The position numbers and the translations under genes are program-made. Positions 19,501 through 32,283 of a stretch of 64,000 nt of DNA are shown here, one piece after another. The DNA lies in NCBI GenBank assembly GCA_963702205.1, contig OY969724.1, forward strand, positions 2,240,001 to 2,304,000, read 5' to 3'. The notes below the pieces were generated by a model. That model made no database searches and was not told where the DNA came from. It saw nothing but the letters and a program-made list of their open reading frames with translations. Numbering within the stretch: the stretch's first letter is position 1; each line of letters opens with the position of its first letter. The stretch comes from an uncultured candidate division Zixibacteria bacterium. GTDB lineage: Bacteria > Zixibacteria > MSB-5A5 > GN15 > PGXB01.

Positions 19501-21468
19501 TGTCTATTTTGAAAAACATAAAGGAGTCGGCCGACGTCCGCCTGATCCCCGACGAAATGCTGGACGAACTGGCCGAGGAAATCCGTCAGGATATTCTCAG
19601 CTTCGTGTCCGAAACCGGTGGACACGTGGCGTCGAATCTCGGTATTGTCGAACTGACCATCGCATTGCACCGTGCATTTGATATTCCCCGGGACAAAATC
19701 GTTTGGGACGTCGGGCATCAGTGCTATGTGCACAAAATGCTGACGGGGCGTGCCGAACAGATGCGCAATCTCCGGCAGTACAAAGGTGTCGCGGGTTTCC
19801 CCAAGCGGTCCGAATCACCGGCCGATGCTTTCGGCGCCGGGCACGCTTCGACTTCGATATCAGCCGCGCTGGGTCTGGCCGCCGCGCGGGACCATCTCGG
19901 TGAGAATTATAAAGTGATTGCAGTCATCGGTGACGGCGCACTCACCGGCGGACTCGCCTACGAAGGTCTGAACAATGCCGGGGCGATGAAGAAAGACATT
20001 CTGGTCGTTCTCAACGAAAACGATATGTCCATCTCCAAAAATGTCGGGGCCATGGCGAAGTATCTGACCAACATAATGGCCGACCAAAGGTTTAATAAAC
20101 TTCGTGATGAAGTCTGGGAACTGACCGGTCGGTTCAAGCGCCGCGATAAGATCCGGTCGCTGGTATCGCAGCTCGAAGATTCGTTCAAGGGACTGTTTGT
20201 CCCCGGCTACCTGTTCGACAAACTCGGCTTCAGGTATTTCGGACCGATCGACGGCCACGATATTCCGCTGATTACCAAGACCCTTAATCAGGTAAAAAAC
20301 CTGTCCGGCCCGCTTTTGTTGCATGTCCTTACCAAAAAGGGAAAGGGGTACAAGCCGGCCGAATCAGATGCCACTAAATTCCACGGCATCGGGGCTTTTG
20401 ATAAAGTAACCGGTAAAACCAATTCCGATGGATCGCTGCCGTCGTACACGAAAATATTCGGCGAGACGATGGTCGAACTGGCCGAAAAGGACAAGCGCGT
20501 TGTGGCGATCACGGCCGCGATGACATCGGGCGTCGGGTTGAACAAATTCGCCGAAAAATTTCCCGACCGGTTTTACGACGTTGGTATCGCCGAAGCGCAC
20601 GCCGCCTGCTTTGCCGCCGCTCTGGCGACCGAAGATATCCGACCGTTCGTGGCTATATATTCCACATTTTTGCAGAGAGCGTACGATCAGATTATCCACG
20701 ATGCTGCTCTCCAGAAACTGCCGGTCGTGTACCTGCATCGACCGTGCCGGGCTGGTTGGCGAGGACGGTCCGACTCATCACGGTTGCTTCGATGTGTCGT
20801 ACTTGTCGACTGTGCCGGGGGTAAGCATTCTCTGTCCGAAGGATGGCGATGAATTCCGATCCATGCTGCATTTGCTGACGGACAGAAAGCTCGAGGGCCC
20901 TTGCGCCATACGTTACCCCCGCGCCAAGATTCCTTATAATATGACCAAACTGATCGACCCGATTGAATGGGGCAAATGGGAGCTGCTTCATGGGGAAGGG
21001 GAGACGGTTGTAATCGCCACCGGAACCATGGTGGACGTCGCCATGAAGACCTGGAAAATTGTCGATAACGCCTTGCCCCTGTCGGTCATAAACGCGCGAT
21101 TTTTGAAACCTTTGGACACTGAAATGCTCGATGAATGTCTCGATAAGTACAAATGTATCGTGACGATTGAAGAAAACAGTTTGATCGGCGGCTTGGGGCA
21201 GCAGGTTGGTGAGTACTTGAGCTCGCACGGTTACAAGGGGCAATTCAAAGCTATCGGGATTCGCGACAATTTTATCGAGCACGGCCATCGCAGCATTCTT
21301 CTGGAAAACATCGGCTTGACACCGGAGGCACTGGCCAACGCCTTGATGGACCTGGCCCCGATACGCAAAAGTTTTGTCAGCCGTCTGTCGTTTAAATCAT
21401 CCAGGAAAAACGGTCGCCCCGAATCGAAGAAAAATCATACTGCCGCTGTCAAAGCGGTCGGTGAATAA
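19500..21468 (+). pseudogene. dxs: 1-deoxy-D-xylulose-5-phosphate synthase, frameshifted as sequenced (one extra base near 20732; sequencing error likely)
   Basis: N-terminal part 19500-20732 (GGH.ASNLG, WDVGHQCY.HK, GDGALTGG, DVGIAE) continues in another frame as CIDRAGLVGEDGPTHHG...IRYPR...TIEEN. Confidence 0.92.
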
Positions 21469-21469
21469 A

Positions 21470-22363
21470 ATGAGAATCGGAATCATCGCAAATCTGAACC
21501 GTCCCGACGCGGTCGTTGCCGTCAACAGGGTCATCGACTGGTGCAATAAGAAAGAATTTCCGGTCATCATAAGCGATGACATAAAAGACTCGATTCACTC
21601 CAATGTAAAGACGTCACCCCAGCGCGAACTTTGGAAGCATGCCGACATAATCGTTTCGCTCGGCGGCGACGGTACCATGCTCACCACGGTTCGGGTGCTG
21701 GATAAAAATCCCCGCCCAATTCTGGGAATAAACCTCGGCTCGCTCGGATTCTTGACGCAAATCGTCCCGGAAAAGCTCGAGGAAGCGCTCGAAAAAGTCG
21801 CCGCAAATGACTATAGTATTGAAGAGCGCATGGTCCTTAAGACCGAGATGATCAACGGTGACAATCTTGATTCACCGTACGCTCTTAATGAGGTGGTCGT
21901 CGACAAAGGCAGTATCTCGCGCGTAATCAATGTCAGTCTTTACGCCGACGGGGAATACATTTCATCATATAAAGCCGACGGTCTTCTGGTGGCGACACCG
22001 ACCGGGTCGACCGCCTATTCGCTGGCGGTCGGGGGACCGATCATAAATCCCGTCATGCAGGCGATGATTGTCTCGCCGATCTCACCGTTCTCGCTGACGT
22101 CACGGCCGATAATTTTCGCGCCGGATATCGAACTGGAAGTGCGCGTCCGCTCCGAACACGGCGACACTCTTTTAACCATCGACGGCCAGGTTGCCAGCAG
22201 CTTTTCACCGACCGGGACGCTTAAAATCCGACGGGCCGGGCACACGGCCAAATTCATCAAGCTGGCCGAAAATTCCTTCTATAGTATATTAAGGCAGAAA
22301 CTCCACTGGGGGCGGCTGCCCGTTGTCGACTACGAGAAGTTCGATTTTCACGAAAATTCCTGA
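21470..22363 (+). CDS. nadK: NAD kinase
   Basis: LGGDGTML, GINLGSLGFL, ALNE, DGLLVATPTGSTAYSLAVGGP. Confidence 0.97.
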   Translation: MRIGIIANLNRPDAVVAVNRVIDWCNKKEFPVIISDDIKDSIHSNVKTSPQRELWKHADIIVSLGGDGTMLTTVRVLDKNPRPILGINLGSLGFLTQIVPEKLEEALEKVAANDYSIEERMVLKTEMINGDNLDSPYALNEVVVDKGSISRVINVSLYADGEYISSYKADGLLVATPTGSTAYSLAVGGPIINPVMQAMIVSPISPFSLTSRPIIFAPDIELEVRVRSEHGDTLLTIDGQVASSFSPTGTLKIRRAGHTAKFIKLAENSFYSILRQKLHWGRLPVVDYEKFDFHENS

Positions 22364-22466
22364 TTTTTTGAATTTTCCTAATATCCTAACAGTATTTAAA
22401 AAAGTGTTGCCCCAGAATGCATAAAAAAACTTTATTCCTATTATCCAATATAACCCGGAGGAAATT

Positions 22467-23192
22467 ATGGATGAACCAGTACAAATGCCAGTGACCGAAA
22501 GTCCGGCTCCCGAAAAGGGGCTTTCCTTTAAAGGCCTGTGGCAGGTCTTCTACGAGCCGACCGCGTTTTTCACAAAAATCAAAGACAATCCCAAAGTCCT
22601 GTGGCCCTGGCTTGTCGGAGTGATATTTATAGTCATCTTTTTGGCCGGTTCAGCGGATATTCTCGCCCGCATCCAGCTCGAAGCCGCCCGCGCGCAGGGG
22701 CAGAACATCCCTGAAAATATCCCGATGGCCGCGATCAAAATCCCGATGATAGTCGGCGGGGGGATATTATTTGGGCTGGTGCCTTTGATCTATGCCGGAA
22801 TTGCTATGTTCTGGGGCAATGTCGTTTTTGGCGGCCAGGCCACATATAAGCAGTTGCTGTGCGTGTCGGCTTATGCGCTTTTGATTTACTGCTTCGGTTC
22901 GTTGCTGCACCTTCCGATGGTGCTGGCCAAGGACAGCATGGCGGTGACCTACTCACCGGCCATTTTGGTTGCGGACCAGGGGATACAGAGCATCGCTTTT
23001 GTGGCCCTGTCCAAATTCGGCATTTTTAACATATGGGAATATTTCGCCTTTTCGATCGGCACCGGGGTGATGTATGGCTTCAAAAACAAGAACGGCTATA
23101 TAATCGGCCTTTTGACTCTGGGACTGATTTCGGCACTGCACGTCCTGACAACATGGATCGGCGCCGGTATGTCGGCTAACTTTGGGGGGTAA
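22467..23192 (+). CDS. Yip1-family membrane protein
   Basis: SD GGAGG; N-terminal VFYEP..FF..I...P followed by about 5 TM helices. Confidence 0.75.
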   Translation: MDEPVQMPVTESPAPEKGLSFKGLWQVFYEPTAFFTKIKDNPKVLWPWLVGVIFIVIFLAGSADILARIQLEAARAQGQNIPENIPMAAIKIPMIVGGGILFGLVPLIYAGIAMFWGNVVFGGQATYKQLLCVSAYALLIYCFGSLLHLPMVLAKDSMAVTYSPAILVADQGIQSIAFVALSKFGIFNIWEYFAFSIGTGVMYGFKNKNGYIIGLLTLGLISALHVLTTWIGAGMSANFGG

Positions 23193-23234
23193 TAGAGCGC
23201 TTTGTATTATGAATGGGCTTGGCCAAAATTAATC

Positions 23235-23263
23235 TTGCCATTTTCATACTCTACACTTAATAT
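23235..23263 (+). promoter_or_regulatory. Putative promoter of tRNA-Gly (TTGCCA-N17-TAATAT)
   Basis: Near-consensus boxes 11 nt upstream of the tRNA. Confidence 0.55.
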
Positions 23264-23274
23264 ATGACCCGCAA

Positions 23275-23347
23275 GCGGGAGTAACTCAGCTGGTAGAGTC
23301 ACAGCCTTCCAAGCTGTTGGTCGCGGGTTCGAGCCCCGTCTCCCGCT
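23275..23347 (+). tRNA. tRNA-Gly(TCC), CCA not encoded
   Basis: Acceptor GCGGGAG/TCCCGC; anticodon arm ACAGC-CT-TCC-AA-GCTGT; GGTTCGAG T-loop. Confidence 0.96.
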
Positions 23348-23680
23348 CTTTTTTTTGTACCATAGTCCTATGATTACATTTAAGGCCAAAAAATCAAGAT
23401 AGCAGAACTGCGTCACTCCGCTCGGGTTCTGCCCACAATAATATAAAACTACCGTAGAAACCGACTTCTCAACCGCGAAAGTCGGGCGTGCCAAACAGAT
23501 TTTAGACATGGATATTTTTCTTTCCTGAAACAATATTTAAAAAATATTGTAGTTTAATTGAACAATCGGCTCAAGGAGTCGGCAAACGTGCCGATAAAAC
23601 ACGGGATAAGCCGTATAAAAAATATGGGAATGGGCCTATACTTTTGGGCGAAAAAAACGTCGGGGGACAAAAAAATCCAC

Positions 23681-23708
23681 TTGACAAGCTTATAGGGCTG
23701 TCTATATT
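23681..23708 (+). promoter_or_regulatory. Putative promoter of the tRNA-Thr/tuf unit (TTGACA-N16-TATATT) with an upstream A-tract
   Basis: Perfect -35 box, near-consensus -10 box. Confidence 0.65.
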
Positions 23709-23760
23709 GAGGGCTCGCCTTTTGGGGCGAGCTATACCTATTTTGGGCGAAATTGCGTAA

Positions 23761-23833
23761 GCCCAAGTAGCTCAGTTGGTAGAGCACATCCTTGGTAAGG
23801 ATGAGGTCACCGGTTCGATCCCGGTCTTGGGCT
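23761..23833 (+). tRNA. tRNA-Thr(GGT), CCA not encoded
   Basis: Acceptor GCCCAAG/CTTGGGC; anticodon arm CATCC-TT-GGT-AA-GGATG. Confidence 0.97.
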
Positions 23834-23871
23834 CATACATAATGAAAGAACGATTGGAAAGGTTTTTTCTT

Positions 23872-25074
23872 ATGGCGAAAGAGAAATTTATAAGAAACAA
23901 GCCGCACGTAAACGTGGGCACGATCGGTCACGTGGACCACGGCAAGACGACCCTGACGGCGGCGATCACGATGTATCTGAGCTCCCTGGGGATGTCTCAG
24001 GTTCGGACGTTTGACTCGATCGACAATGCCCCGGAAGAAAAAGAACGCGGTATCACGATCGCGACGGCTCACGTCGAATACGAGACGACCAAGCGTCACT
24101 ATGCTCACGTGGACTGTCCCGGTCACGCCGACTATGTCAAGAACATGATCACGGGTGCGGCCCAGATGGACGGAGCGATTCTGGTGGTGTCGGCGGCCGA
24201 CGGCCCGATGCCTCAGACGCGAGAGCATATTCTTCTGGCTCGTCAGGTGGGAGTCCCGTACATCGTCGTTTTCATGAATAAAGTCGACATGGTCGACGAT
24301 CCCGAGCTCCTGGACCTGGTGGAACTGGAAGTTCGTGACCTTCTGACGCAGTATCAGTTTCCGGGTGATGATATTCCGGTGATACGCGGCAGTGCTCTGG
24401 AAGCCATGACCAACGGGGCCAACGGCGTCAAGGATCATCCTTCGTACAAGGCTCTCGATGAACTTCTGAAAGCTCTGGATGAATATATTCCGGAGCCTCA
24501 GCGTGAGACCGACAAGCCGTTTCTGATGCCGGTCGAGGACGTCTTCTCGATCACCGGTCGGGGGACGGTCGGGACGGGTCGTATCGAGCGGGGTATGATT
24601 CATACCGGAGACGAAGTCGAACGGGTCGGCATTCGTGAGACGAAGAAGACGGTCTGCACGGGTGTCGAGATGTTCCGCAAGATACTGGATGAAGGTCAGG
24701 CGGGCGACAACGTGGGACTGCTTTTGCGAGGTATAGAAAAGACCGATCTGGAACGCGGCATGGTCCTGGCCAAGCCGGGTTCGATTACGCCTCACACCAA
24801 GTTCAAAGCAGAAGTTTACGTTTTGAGCAAGGAAGAGGGTGGTCGTCACACGCCGTTCTTTGGCGGCTATCGTCCGCAGTTTTATTTTCGGACGACGGAC
24901 GTGACGGGAGAAGTTAAGTTGCCGGAAGGCGTGGAGATGGTAATGCCGGGCGACAATATCCGGATCGAAGCGGCTTTGATCACCCCGATCGCGATGGAGA
25001 AAGAACTTCGTTTCGCGGTTCGTGAGGGTGGCCGAACGGTCGGCGCCGGTGTGATCACCGAAGTTATCGAATAG
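23872..25074 (+). CDS. tuf: Elongation factor Tu (copy 1)
   Basis: [27 protein letters not shown]; the true start is 23872 because the longer ORF runs through tRNA-Thr. Confidence 0.99.
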   Translation: MAKEKFIRNKPHVNVGTIGHVDHGKTTLTAAITMYLSSLGMSQVRTFDSIDNAPEEKERGITIATAHVEYETTKRHYAHVDCPGHADYVKNMITGAAQMDGAILVVSAADGPMPQTREHILLARQVGVPYIVVFMNKVDMVDDPELLDLVELEVRDLLTQYQFPGDDIPVIRGSALEAMTNGANGVKDHPSYKALDELLKALDEYIPEPQRETDKPFLMPVEDVFSITGRGTVGTGRIERGMIHTGDEVERVGIRETKKTVCTGVEMFRKILDEGQAGDNVGLLLRGIEKTDLERGMVLAKPGSITPHTKFKAEVYVLSKEEGGRHTPFFGGYRPQFYFRTTDVTGEVKLPEGVEMVMPGDNIRIEAALITPIAMEKELRFAVREGGRTVGAGVITEVIE

Positions 25075-25101
25075 CGAGGTTTGGAATAGGTACTTATTAA
25101 C

Positions 25102-25174
25102 AGGCCAGTAGCTCTAATGGTAGAGCGCCGGTCTCCAAAACCGGATGTTGGGGGTTCGAGTCCCTCCTGGCCTG
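25102..25174 (+). tRNA. tRNA-Trp(CCA), CCA end not encoded
   Basis: Acceptor AGGCCAG/CTGGCCT; anticodon arm CCGGT-CT-CCA-AA-ACCGG. Confidence 0.97.
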
Positions 25175-25204
25175 CAAATTAAAACTATAAATCAGGACAG
25201 ACTG

Positions 25205-25390
25205 ATGTTTGGGAAAATGATCAAGTTTTTACAGGAAGTCCGGACGGAACTGAATAAAGTTACGTGGCCGACTAAACAGGAATTGATCGGTTCGACCATC
25301 GTGACGGTTGTCGTCACGCTGATTCTTTCGGTCTTTATCGGACTCGTGGACCGAATTTTGTCGTTGGTGACAAAGAATATTTTTGGTTAA
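25205..25390 (+). CDS. secE: Preprotein translocase subunit SecE
   Basis: FLQEVRTELNKVTWP plus one TM helix; precedes nusG. Confidence 0.95.
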   Translation: MFGKMIKFLQEVRTELNKVTWPTKQELIGSTIVTVVVTLILSVFIGLVDRILSLVTKNIFG

Positions 25391-25402
25391 AGGAATTAAC
25401 CC

Positions 25403-25951
25403 ATGGCGCTTCGCTGGTACGCGGTACATACATATTCCGGTCATGAGCAAAAGGCCAAGAAATATCTTGAGTCGGCCGTAGCCACAGCCGGGCTGGAATC
25501 AAAATTCGGGCAAGTAGTGGTCCCGACCGAACAGGTTACGGAGATGAAACAGGGGCTCCGTAAAACGTCGACCAAGAAATTTTTGCCGAGTTATATTTTG
25601 GTTGAGATGGAACTCGACCGTGCAACGCAGAACCTGGTCGTTTCCACCCCGAGCATAACGAATTTCGTCGGAGCGGCGGGCAAACCACAGCCGCTCAGAA
25701 AATCCGAAGTGGAACGGATAATGGGTCAAATCGACCGCTCGCGCACCGAAGAGGCCACCGAGGTCCCGTACCAGGCGGGAGACGCCGTCAAGGTCATCGA
25801 CGGTCCTTTCGCGGATTTCTCGGGATTCGTCAGCGAGGTTAACCTGGAACGCAAGAAAGTAAAAGTAATGGTGTCGATCTTCGGACGGCCGACCCCGGTC
25901 GAACTCGATTTCCTTCAAATAGAACCGGTTAAACAGAAAAATCAGTCTTAA
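25403..25951 (+). CDS. nusG: Transcription termination/antitermination factor NusG
   Basis: WYAVHTYSGHE; KOW motif GDAVKVIDGPF; IFGRPTPVELDF. Confidence 0.98.
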   Translation: MALRWYAVHTYSGHEQKAKKYLESAVATAGLESKFGQVVVPTEQVTEMKQGLRKTSTKKFLPSYILVEMELDRATQNLVVSTPSITNFVGAAGKPQPLRKSEVERIMGQIDRSRTEEATEVPYQAGDAVKVIDGPFADFSGFVSEVNLERKKVKVMVSIFGRPTPVELDFLQIEPVKQKNQS

Positions 25952-25971
25952 TTTGATATCGGAGTAGTACA

Positions 25972-26397
25972 TTGGCCAAGAAAATACAGACGTACATCAA
26001 GCTGCAGATTCCGGCCGGAAACGCCAACCCGGCGCCCCCGGTAGGGCCGGCTCTCGGCCAGCACGGCGTCAATATAATGGAGTTTTGCAAAGCTTTCAAC
26101 GCCCAGACCCAGAGTCTCGGGGGGATTTTGACCCCGGTCGTGATTACGGTTTATGTCGACAAGACGTTCACGTTCATCACCAAGACGCCCCCCGCGTCGA
26201 CCCTGCTGAAAAAGGCAGTCAACGTGCAAAAGGGATCGGGCGAGCCGAACCGAAACAAAGTCGGAAAAGTGTCGCAGAAGCAGCTGCGCGAAATAGCTGA
26301 ATTGAAAATGACCGACCTGAATGCCGCCAGCGTGGAAAACGCGATGATGATGATCGCCGGCACGGCGCGTTCGATGGGTCTGGAAATAGAAACCTAA
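25972..26397 (+). CDS. rplK: 50S ribosomal protein L11
   Basis: [32 protein letters not shown] start. Confidence 0.98.
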   Translation: MAKKIQTYIKLQIPAGNANPAPPVGPALGQHGVNIMEFCKAFNAQTQSLGGILTPVVITVYVDKTFTFITKTPPASTLLKKAVNVQKGSGEPNRNKVGKVSQKQLREIAELKMTDLNAASVENAMMMIAGTARSMGLEIET

Positions 26398-26454
26398 AAC
26401 TGATTTCGTCAGCACCTGGCGCGCTAAGTACGCGAGCAGGGAGAAAGAGAAGTT

Positions 26455-27162
26455 ATGAAAAATTCCAAACGGTACAGCACCATCCGAGAAAAGGTCGACC
26501 GTAACAGGCTCTACACGATCGAAGAAGCCGTTGGACTCATTAAAGAGACCGGCATTGCCAAATTCGATGAGACGGTAGAGCTGTCGGCCCGGCTCGGGGT
26601 AGACCCCAAACACGCCGACCAGATGGTTCGCGGGACGGTGGCCCTTCCTCACGGAACCGGCAAAAAGGTCCGTATTCTGGTTTTTGCAGTCGGTGAAAAG
26701 GAGCAGGAGGCCAGGGCGGCCGGGGCCGATTTTGTCGGTGCGGACGACCTGGTAGAAAAAATCAAAGGCGGTTGGTTCGATTTTGACGTCGCCGTCGCCA
26801 CGCCTGATATGATGAAAGTCATGGGCGCACTGGGCAAGCTGCTCGGCCCGAGGGGCCTTATGCCTAACCCCAAAGCCGGTACGGTTACCATGGACGTGGC
26901 TAAAGCCGTCCAGGAACTGAAAGCCGGTCGTATCGAGTACCGCGTTGATCGTCAGGCCATCGTGGCCGTTCCGGTAGGCAAAGTTTCGTTTACCAGTGAA
27001 CAGCTCGTGCAAAATATCAAAGCCTTCATTGACGCCCTGCTGAAAGCCAAACCGGCATCAGCCAAAGGGACTTATATGAAGGGCGTTTCGGTCAGTTCGA
27101 CAATGGGAATCGGAGTCAAACTGGATTATCAATCGCTTGTTGTGGATTTGAAGAAAGGATAG
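26455..27162 (+). CDS. rplA: 50S ribosomal protein L1
   Basis: [32 protein letters not shown]. Confidence 0.98.
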   Translation: MKNSKRYSTIREKVDRNRLYTIEEAVGLIKETGIAKFDETVELSARLGVDPKHADQMVRGTVALPHGTGKKVRILVFAVGEKEQEARAAGADFVGADDLVEKIKGGWFDFDVAVATPDMMKVMGALGKLLGPRGLMPNPKAGTVTMDVAKAVQELKAGRIEYRVDRQAIVAVPVGKVSFTSEQLVQNIKAFIDALLKAKPASAKGTYMKGVSVSSTMGIGVKLDYQSLVVDLKKG

Positions 27163-27166
27163 GACC

Positions 27167-27682
27167 ATGCCGAAGCCGGACAAAATCGAAGCTGTTGCCA
27201 AGCTCAAGCAGATGATGAACGACGCCTCGTCGGTTTTCGTAACCGATTACACGGGACTCAATGTCGCAGAAATTACCAGGCTCCGCAAAGATTTGCGCGA
27301 GAATTCTGTAAAGTACCTGGTGGCCAAGAACACGCTGATGAAAATTGCCGCCGCCGACGCCGGTCTGGACAAACTGAACGAGTTCTTCCAGGGACAAACC
27401 GGTCTCGCGTTCGGCGCCGATGATCCCTCGGTGGCCGCCAAGATCTTGTATGATTCGTTCAAGAAGATCGAAAAGCCGGTCATTAAGGCTTTTATTCTTG
27501 AAGATGAATTTTATTCGGGAAGTGAAATTACCCGGCTGGCCGAACTCCCGAGCAAAGAAGTTTTGTATTCGATGGTTGTGGCGTCGGTCGAATCGCCGCT
27601 GACCAGCCTGGTTGGCAGCCTTGACGGAATCTTCCAGGAATTGATCGCGACGCTGGAGGTTCTGGAAAAAAGCAAAGCATAG
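27167..27682 (+). CDS. rplJ: 50S ribosomal protein L10
   Basis: DYTGLNVAEIT.LR, VAKNTL, LAELPS; gene position. Confidence 0.96.
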   Translation: MPKPDKIEAVAKLKQMMNDASSVFVTDYTGLNVAEITRLRKDLRENSVKYLVAKNTLMKIAAADAGLDKLNEFFQGQTGLAFGADDPSVAAKILYDSFKKIEKPVIKAFILEDEFYSGSEITRLAELPSKEVLYSMVVASVESPLTSLVGSLDGIFQELIATLEVLEKSKA

Positions 27683-27763
27683 GAAATTTTGCGGGCTTTG
27701 GCCGAGGCCGGGATCAAGCTTCTACACGAAAGGCCCGTTCGTGTGATCCAAAGGTGCGGCGAT

Positions 27764-27772
27764 TGATATAAT
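27764..27772 (+). promoter_or_regulatory. Extended -10 element (TGaTATAAT), putative internal promoter for rplL
   Basis: Perfect TGnTATAAT ending 36 nt before the rplL start. Confidence 0.5.
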
Positions 27773-27808
27773 AAGTAAGATAAAAAGAATATTGGAAAGG
27801 TTAGAACA

Positions 27809-28189
27809 GTGGCTGAAAACAATGTCATCGATGAAATCGTAGAGAAGATTGCCTCACTTTCGGCAATGGATTTGGCTGATTTATCAAAAGCCATACAGGA
27901 TAAATTTGGTGTTACTCCTATGGCCCCCGTGGCCGCAGCGGCTCCGGCCGGCGGCGGTGAAGCCGTGGTTGAAGAAAAAACCGAATTCGACGTCATGCTC
28001 AATGCCGCCGGAGACAAGAAAATCCAGGTTATTAAGGTCGTGCGTGAACTTACCAGCCTCGGGCTCAAGGAAGCCAAGGATTTGGTCGACAGCGCACCGG
28101 CCAAGGTCCTGGAAGGTGTCTCCAAGGACGACGCCAATAAGGCCATCGAAAAATTGCAGGAAGTCGGGGCCCAAGTGGAGGTTAAATAG
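27809..28189 (+). CDS. rplL: 50S ribosomal protein L7/L12
   Basis: [34 protein letters not shown] start. Confidence 0.98.
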   Translation: MAENNVIDEIVEKIASLSAMDLADLSKAIQDKFGVTPMAPVAAAAPAGGGEAVVEEKTEFDVMLNAAGDKKIQVIKVVRELTSLGLKEAKDLVDSAPAKVLEGVSKDDANKAIEKLQEVGAQVEVK

Positions 28190-28443
28190 TTTTCTGCGAC
28201 TTGGAAACTATTTTTGTGGAAACCTGTTTACACAATTGATTCCCGCTTTAAATACTTTGACGGCGAATGGTCTGTATTAAGTGGGCTCCCCGAAACAATT
28301 TGAAATTGTACGGGAGAAGAAAGTAGAATTGAAACAGAATCGCCGATGAAGATTGTTATCTTCATTTTGCATTCACCGAATAGACTTCTCTGACCGGATG
28401 AATTGCGGCAGGGGTGTCTATTGTATATTTGGAGGAGGTAACA

Positions 28444-32238
<3,795 letters not shown>

Positions 32239-32283
32239 GGTAAATCAAGCCCCCGGCGGGCTTTGAGATAAAGGAGTAATGAA

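Noticed and set aside
20721..20745. Programmed ribosomal frameshifting in dxs
   Set aside because: No slippery sequence, no stop at the shift site and no obvious stimulatory structure.
23207..23533. 108-aa minus-strand ORF crossing tRNA-Gly
   Set aside because: Its C-terminal part is simply antisense tRNA (GRRGSNPRP...), a known false-ORF pattern.
23567..23613. GGCAAAC and GGAG-stem-TAAAAC resembling a c-di-GMP riboswitch or an L1-binding site
   Set aside because: The second riboswitch stem and its motifs are missing, the outer L1 helix does not pair, and the site lies upstream of the tuf promoter.
23776..23871. N-terminal extension of EF-Tu copy 1; likewise the extended ORF starts for secE, GT2, tgt, nadK, rpsN and acyP
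   Set aside because: These run through tRNAs or upstream genes; downstream starts fit the families better.
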